This document shows, in pieces, positions 51,752 through 61,600 of a stretch of DNA of 64,000 nt (position 1 is its first letter; each line of letters starts with the position of its first letter). The translations under genes and the position numbers were made by a program. The notes under the pieces were generated by a model. It did not search any database. It had not been told where the DNA came from and saw only the letters and a list, made by a program, of their open reading frames with translations. Origin of the DNA: Paragordius varius (taxonomy: Eukaryota > Animalia > Nematomorpha). Location of the stretch: assembly GCA_964247055.1 (NCBI GenBank), contig OZ176052.1, positions 7,440,001 through 7,504,000 on the forward strand, written 5' to 3'.

Positions 51752-53508
51752 ATGATATATCATGGTAAACAATTATTCTCTACTAGTATTCGGTATCAAC
51801 AGCCATTTTTGTGGATTAATTATTTGAGTCATTTCATAATGTTCACTTGTCTATTCAATACAATTTTTACCACTGTTAATATTGATGGGGTAAAATCATT
51901 AAAAAACGGTGATTCGAACACCAAACAACTTAACACTGAACTCAAAGTATTGAAATCTCCTACATCAGAAAAATATACGGGACCAACGAAAGATAGAAAA
52001 TTTACCCCTGTTACCACGTATTACATTAAAGGTACAACAATGTCAACTGAAAAACATCAACAAATTTTACCCACAACACCCATTTTATCTACACGCAAAT
52101 CTGACACTAATTATTTCAAAAATGTAACTTCACATTCGCAAAAAATGGATTATCCCATAAGCGTTGCCACAGCAGCGTCCGAAGATATGAGCTCCGATGA
52201 ACAATTTGCATTTAGACCCATAGCTCTACATATTCCGCCCTCATTTATACGCCTTTCGGCCCCGCTAAAGTATTTCCGTATTGTGGTAGGTTATGGTTCA
52301 AAATATTACACGGCAAACATGGCCAATGCGAAGAGAGGTGGAGGTGATAAAAATTTTAATCCACCAATCATCAATATAGGACTCCTTTTACCCCAAAATT
52401 GTAAATATCAATCGTGTTTGTCAAAAATTGCGCCGGCCATGCGAATAGCCTTCCGTCGATCTAAGGTAGAATCCCTGCTGACTGGTTACACAATAATTAT
52501 AATACAGGGTGATAGTAATTGCAGTAATGTTGAGGGACCAATCGTTGCTATGCGTATGTGTTGGTTCGAAAAAGTTTCCATAATCTTTGGGCCAGTTTGT
52601 GATTTTGTCGTAGAAACTATCTCAATACTCACTAGTCGATTTTTTAATATTCCTCTCATTACGGCTGGCGCTTTACGTCCCGAATTTGGTAAGGATAAAC
52701 GCTTGGCTGATTCCGCATACCCGTTATTGACTAGGGTAGGTGCTTCGCTAAATTCAATCTACCCATTCTTCCACAAATTTTTTAGGTATTTTATACTGTT
52801 ACGACAATTTTTAATAATATTTGAATACCAATGTTTTATTAAATATGATAACGTTTTAACTTTTAAAGGTGTTGTTTAGGCAAATGTTACCACCGTCTTT
52901 TATGTGTTTTGACTTCTAAAATGACTTAAAACGGGTTACCAATAAGTTAATTCTGTTAAGCATTAAATTAATTCCTCCACTATTTTTATTATCCTTACAT
53001 TAAATTTTAAGTGAAAATATAACAACTATCATAAATCCATAGTTAAATTGATAAAATTTAAATTTTTTAATATATTAAGTTTCGATATTAAAATCAACCC
53101 AATTCTAGATTATCATGTGGATCCATCATATTTTTTATTTTATCTCATATCTCAAAAAACGGTTCAATTACTTTTTTAGACAAAACAAATGGAAAAAGTT
53201 TTATCTTCTTTATGAAGTTGATAGTCACCCCCAAGTAGTATCTCACTTTTGTTTCCATGTCGCTGTAAGCATGAAGAAAGCATCGAATGATTCCAATTAC
53301 AAATACTTTACCGAATATCAAAAATATAGCAATGCTTCATATGCTTCGTATCAACAAGGATTTTCAAACACTCAGCCCGTGAACGCATCACTAAATTCGA
53401 CAAGTAACTCATATTTTATGGATCTCAATAGCGGTGATATTGATCAGATGAAAAAACAAAACAAAACCTATTCCGACATCCTAAGGAACATTGGGAAAGA
53501 CAATTCAA
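51752..53508 (+). CDS. Receptor guanylyl cyclase variable cassette V1 (signal region, Thr/Ser-rich stalk, N-half of the ANF-receptor ligand-binding domain)
   Basis: Exons 51752-52785 and 53180-53508. Motifs INIGLLLP, GDSNCS, IFGPVCD, NIPLITAGA, YPLLTRVG, WKKFYLLYE..SHPQV..FC. Ends NIGKDNS-A|GTTTGT (phase 1). Confidence 0.8.
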
Positions 53509-54021
53509 GTTTGTCAATTTATTTTAAATTCATTTATAATTGCAGTATTTACATTTGTAATGAGTTCATACATAAATTAAATTTTAGAAGTTTTTATACC
53601 TATTTTTTTGAAAATAAATTAAAGCGCAGGGGAATATGCATAAAAGTATGTACTAATATTAGATGATAATCACAATGCCCATAGGGCATACCTTTTGTTT
53701 ATATATTTTATGTATATTTTTTATTTTGTAAAATAATAATAATAATAAAATTACTGGCGAAAACCAAATTACAAATGGGAAAATATTACCTGACCCCTTT
53801 TCATTTGTTGTAATTGAAAAAAAAAGTATAAATACAATAAATTTTGTTTTATTTTTTTTTAAACCTTTTTTTAAACTTTTTTATTTTTATTAAACATGCA
53901 TGCAAAATTTTTTTACTTTCACATAATGTAATTCACATTATCTATCACCATTTCTTACCTTTTTTTTTAATTTAATTTACTTTTAAACATTACATGATAT
54001 GAAATTTATTTTTGCATTTAA

Positions 54022-55786
54022 ATGTTCATTTTTTTAATAAACATTTCATTGGCATACGTTATCCCACTTCTATGTGAGGGGAAGGCTAATTTTAGTAATG
54101 TGCCTTCACCAACAAACAGACATTCTTTTTTACACCTTTCCAATTCTGGGGAAACTAATCAAAGCATAATCAAATTTTATAAACATATGATAATCCCTTA
54201 TGACGAAGAACATTATAGGTATGAACATCTCCCATGGTGGAACGATGCCATTATGTCGTCCCACAATAATTCGATTAAATCATCGTGGGAATTGTTGGAA
54301 GAAGCTTTAAATTCAGGACAGACCTCAAACTATTTCTCAAAGATTCATAGACGAAGCAAAGCCCGGCTGGTCCCAACATATCCTATGGCAAATTTGTCCA
54401 TATTTTCACGAGGCAAAGAACAAAGAATGACAACAACTAGCAACAATTTAATGAACGATGTCAACAATATTACCGCAATAAAGAATAGCAGCGAAACATC
54501 AAATGAGGCAAAACAATCGTTAATAAACGGTAGTAAATTTGTTACCATGGTCTCTGATACAATTAATCAGGATTATGAATCATTTGTTATTAATGAGCCA
54601 TTGAATGTAGCAGATCATGAAATGGAGTTTGATTTAGATGACATGGCAATAGGGGATGGGGGACATGCTTTAATGCCACAACCCACGAGTACTAGTCTTG
54701 CAGTTTTTTCTACCACGCCTCCTATAAATACCCTAACCTTTCATTTAAATGATACACTTGAGAGGTCAAAAATATCGCTAAATATTACTAGCCAGCCTTT
54801 AAGTTTTGACAAGCTTGTTTTAAACTCCACAGTTAATACAACTCGAATTATCCCCAATTCCAGTCTACCTATATTATCGAAAACCAATGTGCGGACAGTC
54901 CCATCGAAATCAATTAACACACCGATTTGGGATAAGGTATCAGATAAAGTAAATTTGTTGGAATCGAATCCCACGTACCCACAAACGATAAATTGGGGTC
55001 TTCTCCTAAACAATGACAGTAAAAGTCTTTCATCGCTTTCACGTATAGCTCCAGCCATTCAAGTTGCCCTGAAAAGGCAACAGGTAAAATCTTTACTAAC
55101 GATGCCAATGAGAATCGCCAATGTTTCTGAATTAAATTACTCTCTTAACTTGGCGAGCACAGGAATTGTGCAACGAATCCCTGAAACATTTAAGATAGTA
55201 GTCAAAGAAGGCGATTCCAAATGTTCCCACATATATGGTTTAACTGAGGCCATACGATTAGTTCTTAACGAAAATGCCAGTGTCCTCTTTGGACCAGTGT
55301 GTGATTTAGCTGCCGCAAAATTTGCTCGGCTGACCGGTCGCTTATTTAACATACCAATGATCAGTGCAGGTACGTTAACTCACGATTTTGGAAAACCTAA
55401 AACGTTGCCAGATTCGGAGTTTCCTTTGTTAACACGCGTGGGACCATCCTTTAATTCCATGTCACGGGCCCTGATCGACATTATTTTACATTTGGATTGG
55501 CATAAAATTGTTATCTTGCATGACCCAAACAGTCACCCCGAAGTCATGGATAAATTTTGTCATTATGGGGCCGCTGGTGTCCTAAACGAGATGCTTAAAC
55601 GAAATGCAGCTTTAACTAACAGTACTAATAACTTTACTGGTCTATACGATCGGGATGGCGAGGAAGAAATTATTATGAGGAATAAAAAATTCCGTTATCA
55701 ATCCCCTAAGGATTTGTCAGGCCCTCTATCTGGTCGGATGAGTTGGCGTGATTTTATGCTAGAAAATATTGGGAATGAGTATTCAA
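54022..55786 (+). CDS. Receptor guanylyl cyclase variable cassette V2
   Basis: Single exon. Signal peptide MFIFLINISLAYVIPLLCEG, ~320-aa Ser/Thr/Asn-rich extension, then INWGLLL, GDSKCS, LFGPVCD, NIPMISAG, FPLLTRVG, WHKIVILHD..SHPEV..FC. Ends ENIGNEYS-A|GTAACA (phase 1). Confidence 0.82.
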
Positions 55787-56500
55787 GTAACAGAAAATAT
55801 ATATAATATATGTAATTGAGTTAATTTAACATTTTATTCTGTTTTTTTTATACTTAGAAAGGGGGATATTTACAATTTGTTTGCACAGGTTTAACAATAT
55901 GTAAAAACTAAACAAACGGAGTTTTAGGTAAACACGGTAGATATATACATAAAAAATATTTAATCTTAGATCAATTCCTTTAATATTCCATTCACATTAT
56001 GTATGATTAATGGTATAGTTTTTCATTCAATTTTTTTGCGCGATATACATAATAGTATATAAACATACATTCTTTATTTACCATTTATTTGTTTTATATT
56101 CGTTTGCAGGTATGCATGCATTTATTTTTACTTTAATTTAGATGCGATTGTAATTGCATCTATCTTTTCATCAATATATTTGTTTATTAATGTTATAACA
56201 TTAACTATATAGTTTTACCCAATGAAAAAAAAATCGTTCGTTATTTGATCGTTACTTGCATATATTTTTTGTTATTGAAAATGTATGTATATGATATGTT
56301 TATAAATAAGTTATCAACGCTTTTTAGTTTAAAGTGTTTGTTTTACCATTTGCACATAGCGCTTGAAAAATGACTTTTTTGCAAACAAAGAAGTTGCATT
56401 TAAATAAATTTCAAAATAATTTTTTCTATTGGGCAACAGCTTGTACAAAAGACATTTATATGTCCCATATAATTCTGTATGACAGTTCTCCAAAATATTG

Positions 56501-57440
56501 ATGATTTTTATTCGAATTCATGGTAAATATTTATTATACTGGATGTTCTTGCCCATTTTACTCTCATACAACAATTATTCTGCCCAGAAACAGAGTATTG
56601 AAAAAGCAGTAAATAATATAACATTAAGCAAAAAGTTGTATGATTTGCAGACATCATTAAGCAACACAAATATATCCGTACCATTCCGGATTCCCAATAA
56701 TAAAAATCTCACACAAATTACACCGATTTATATAGCTGTGATTGCTCCTGATGATACAATATCGTCCACATCATTAAATGTATCCAAGCACATTAACGAC
56801 ACAACTGATCTCAGTCCTCATAGGGAATACCTATTCAGTCGTAAATGGATTCTACCAGCCATAGCATTAGCCTTATCCAAAACCCAATCCCAATATAAAT
56901 TGGCTCAACTACCCTATAAATTTGTACTGCGGTTCAGAGATGGGAAATGTTCAGCAACATATGGCCCTTTAGCCGCCATCGAGTTTTATCGAGAGAAGCG
57001 GGCCGATGTTTTTTTCGGTCCTGTTTGCAGTTATGCCGCTGCAGTCGTTGGTCGGTTTTCCCCTTTCTGGAATATTCCGCTAATAACTCCAGGTGCTATG
57101 GTAGATCACATGGCTGATAAAAAAGAGTATCGTCTGCTAACACGTATGAATGGAAGTTACCGAAATTTGGCTGATTTTTTTGTGGCTCTCCTAAAATACT
57201 TTGATTGGTCAACCATAGCTATGTTGTACAATGATAATTTGGATAGGAAACATCTGGGCAAGTCAGATTGTAGTTTTGAAGCGGAAGCAATTTACATACG
57301 CTTTATGGAAACATTCTCTGACAAATTTACCAATGGATCTAGTCGTCCCACCTTTGAAGCTTTTGAAGAAAGGCCCATAAATTTTCACATAATTCGAAAA
57401 TTCGATCAATGGCTCAAGGATGTATCCAAAAAAACGAGAA
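56501..57440 (+). CDS. Receptor guanylyl cyclase variable cassette V3
   Basis: Single exon. Hydrophobic leader LLYWMFLPILLSY, then IYIAVIAP, RDGKCS, FFGPVCSYAAAVVGRFSPFWNIPLITPGA, LLTRMNGSY, YFDW. Ends VSKKTR-A|GTTGAG (phase 1). Confidence 0.88.
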
Positions 57441-57872
57441 GTTGAGCTATTTGATTTGCATATATATTACATTTTAAATAATTCTTGTTTGATATGATTG
57501 GTTCTAAATATATAATCATCCCTATGTTTGTTGTATGATATTTTTTATCGTTTGGTTAACTAAACATCTATATGGCTATACAAATAAAATATTATCATAT
57601 GATTATAGAAATTAAGTTTGAGCATAAGGTTCATGAAATTTTTAGAGCTAAGATGTTTTCATATCCCAGAAAACGTTAATTTGAACATCTTTTATATTTA
57701 ATACAATAATAGGCCACTATATTTTTACGATTACTTTTTAAATTTTATAATCTACTGTATTTGCGACAATTATTTGTGAAAATTTTTTCGTCACACTGGT
57801 ATCCACAATTGTTTATTTAGCATTTTTGTGATTTGAATATTTTTTCAGTACCATTATGTGTTTATTGTAGAC

Positions 57873-58088
57873 CAGGGGTGTCCAACACAAATGACTCGCA
57901 TTCTAATCATACATGAGCATTAATAAATATTTTATAATTCTCAAACATCAACTGTTAAAAGCAAACACAATATAACAATTTATCTTAGTTCGTTGTCAAT
58001 TGGATAAACTTATTCTAAAATAAGAGTTGCATATTTTTGGAAATTACGAATTCCCAAATTTTTCGCCGGCCGCGTGTGGCCACCTCTG
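57873..58088. mobile_element. hAT-type MITE remnant (CAGGGGTGTCC family)
   Basis: Left end CAGGGGTGTCCAACACAAATG as at 15904; degenerate right end GGCCACCTCTG. Confidence 0.6.
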
Positions 58089-58681
58089 ATGTAGCAAATA
58101 AAAACTCTTATTAGAGTCGGTATTTTGAGTTTGATCGAATTTCCCTTCTTTATGAAAACCGTTTCGTAAAGAAGTTTTATTGCGTCAAAAAATTGTCTAT
58201 ACCGGTACTGATTCCATTGCCTGGTCAAATTTCTGATATCGGTCTTTAATTTCTGATGGCCTAATATACAATGTGAATAAATACCCATAAATTTAATCAG
58301 AAAAATCTTAGTATTGTATTTTTCCCCAAAGTATGTAAAAAACAATAGTAAAAACTAAGGTTAACATTGTATTGAAAATTTTTTTTGGAATTGCGGTTCA
58401 GGTTTTAAACTCTCATTTTTACATTTTTGAAAATATATGATTTCATATTGGTTATCCATAGCTTTGTTTATAATCTTGAAACTATTTTAAATCCATTGCT
58501 TTTTATGTACCAATTATTTAATTTAAATTCTTTGTTAGTATCAGTTATCGCGACACTGGTTAAATCGCAATATTTATGATGTTTTATTACTCACAAAATA
58601 TAATTATATAAGAATATTATAATTTTACTTATGAATAAATTAATGATGTTAGCATTCTATGAATTCTCATTAATTTTTTAG

Positions 58682-61600
58682 TTATCATTCTGTGCGCATC
58701 TCAAAGCAGCGTGCGAAAAATATTGCTCACAGCCTATGATCTCAACATGATCCAAAGTGGTGAATATGTCTTCTTTAACATCGAATTATTCAACAAGTAA
58801 AAATAATTTGTAATTTTTTGATTATAATAAATTTTACTAGCAAACGATTTCGCCTAATTTTAGGTATAGATAACATTTGTTATCAATAGCCATATCAAAA
58901 ATTATTTTAGGTTTTATTTGACGTTAAACCAGTCGATTCAAACATTTGTCGCATAATATTTATCCAACTATTTTTTCCCTTACCTTATAAAATATTAGGG
59001 TCGCTATTTACTATATTATCTCAAAATATGTTTTAGCCATCTCTAATGTTCGCCTTAATATGTAATTTTTAAAAATTCACGTTCTGAGCAATCCATTTTC
59101 CTTGTGTTTAAATGTCGTCACACTTGCTAATTTCCATATTCGAAAAAAATATTGTGCGGACAAACCGGATGTATATGTATATACCCCTTATTTTTCTTCA
59201 TGTTTGTCACCCTAAATGTTAGATTTCTTCCAATCAAAATAGCCCTTATTATAATTAATGAGTTTGAATAACTTAATATTACTTAAAAATAATTAAAATG
59301 TCCTCATTTATCAAACACCAATTTTTTCTAAATGCCAATTTAAATATATAACGATTTTTACATTTACATTTATACGAGAAGGTTATAACCATTTTCATTT
59401 TCAATATTTTTTAATTTTGATAAATATTTAGAAAAATAGCAAAATATTGATAAAAAAATCAGCCTCATTGTCCAATTTTTATCTATAGTTTTTGGATAGA
59501 AATTTTGTTAAAAATACTTTTTATGACATGAGCTAAATTAAGGCGTTTGCATCTGACCATATTATTAATTATAGAACTAATATCATTGTTAAAAATTTCA
59601 TTGGGTATAAAATTACCATAAATACTTACCTTAAATAATTTTTGGAATTTCCACGGTTTTTTTAGCGGCGGTGATTATGGAATTATTATTTGTAAAAATA
59701 ATATTAATTTTGCCCTATATGTTTAGTTATAAAAAACCATAAAATTTTCGCCAAATGGATCCAAATTTTCTAAAAGAATCTAGTTTTGAATTCATTTTTC
59801 AATAAAGTTAGGAAAGGATCCTTTAAAACAGGGGTTGCCAACACGCGGCCCTCCAAAATATTTTTGCAGTCCGCGAGAAATTTTAAATACAAAAGTTTAC
59901 GAAATCCAAGTATAATTATTTTTTTAAACAAATTTTCTTTATAAAAATTTCGAAATTTGGCAATGAACAGCAAAAATGTTCAAATAAATATTAGTTTTTA
60001 CAATCTTTTTCAAAATGTCATAAAATTTTTGTAAATGCCCATCTATTTTGCGAACGCGGCCCATCGGATTTTTCGATCCAAAAATACGGCCCGCGAAGCC
60101 ATTTATGTTAGACACCCCTGCTTTAAAATATTTATATAGGCTACTTGTCCATATAACATTTGTTGCCATTAATAACACTAGACAAAACATTTTAATTTTT
60201 TTAACTGCCATTCTTGTAAATTTAAAATTTATTTCATTAAAGTACATTATTAGTATATCTGAAAAGAAAATTGGTCTAGCATGCAGAATTTTTTTATATT
60301 AGAGTTTATCGATAATTTTTGGCCCCGATTTAACATTAAACTCGAAATTTCGAAAATTAAAAGTTTTAGATATTCGAAAGAGCGCAAACTGCATCTTTTA
60401 AAATTTAAATGGTAAGTCATTTAAATCAATCGGATGTAAAAGTTATTTGGATTTAAATGGTCGAAATTTTCAATCCAATAAGTCAAGAATTTTCACAGAC
60501 AAACTAATTTGAAAATCATATAAATTATTTTAATATAATAATTAGGGTTATATAAGTTTTTAATTTAAAAAAAATATTTGAAAAAGCTTTTGGTTTGCTT
60601 TTTTAATAAAAATTATTATTATCATAAATATTTTACCTAGTGGATACTAAAATGCATAGCTATAACTGTAAATTTATTACATAATGGCTATAAAAGATCA
60701 AAAATACCTTAAACTTTGTTTTTATATTTAAAATTTCGAAAATATCAGCCTCGTAAGAAAATAAATTAATATTGATGAGATGGTAATTTTTAAAAAACAA
60801 AAAACTTAAAAATGGCTGTTTAGAGTGACATAAAAGCAATAAAAAATGTTTTAATCAAAAAAACTTTCTTGTGTTATTTTTTTTGGACATTCATCACCAT
60901 CTAAACAAAGTTTGAGCTATTTTCATCCATTTGTTTGAAAGACATAATTAAAAAAAATGCTCTCGCTTCGCGCGTTTGTCGCTCTTTGTGTCCAATATTA
61001 ACTGTCGATGTAATACATATTAGTATGTATTTTATAGAGTTTTTATTACTCTTTCGAATAATATATTACAAATGGGCATTACATGTATATTTTCAAAGAA
61101 AAACATTTTTTAGTAAAATTTTGATAAAGAGGGCGCATAATCAAAAAAATCAAATTATACAAAATTCTTCCATCGAGTTATAATTTTTATTTCAGATTTA
61201 CTGTTAAAATGATACTAAACATCAGAAAATGCAAAAAACTCGAGTGGCAGAAAAATTTGTTGTCCAGTGTAACATAAGACCGTATATTCGTTTTAATATT
61301 TTCAATGATAATTCATCGGACTAAAGCTATTTTTTAACGTAAATTTTAGACGAATACCATTCTTTAAATCTGATAAGTATAATGCCACTAAATAATTTAG
61401 GCCTGATGGTAAAAATCCAATTTGGCAAAGTGACAAGGATACAGCCGAACAAAATGCTAAAGCCAAATTAGCTTATGAAGCTTTATTCACGCTTACTATG
61501 CGTATGCCTGACAATGAAGAATACAAAAAATTTTCGGACCAAGTTAAAGAAATCTCAAAGCGCGTTTACGGTTTTGATTATGGAACCGAAAATGTTAGTA

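Noticed and set aside
51752-57440. V1-V2-V3 as consecutive exons of one polypeptide with three tandem half-domains
   Set aside because: V2 and V3 each begin with their own ATG and signal-like peptide and encode only half-domains. This is less parsimonious, though only cDNA can exclude it.
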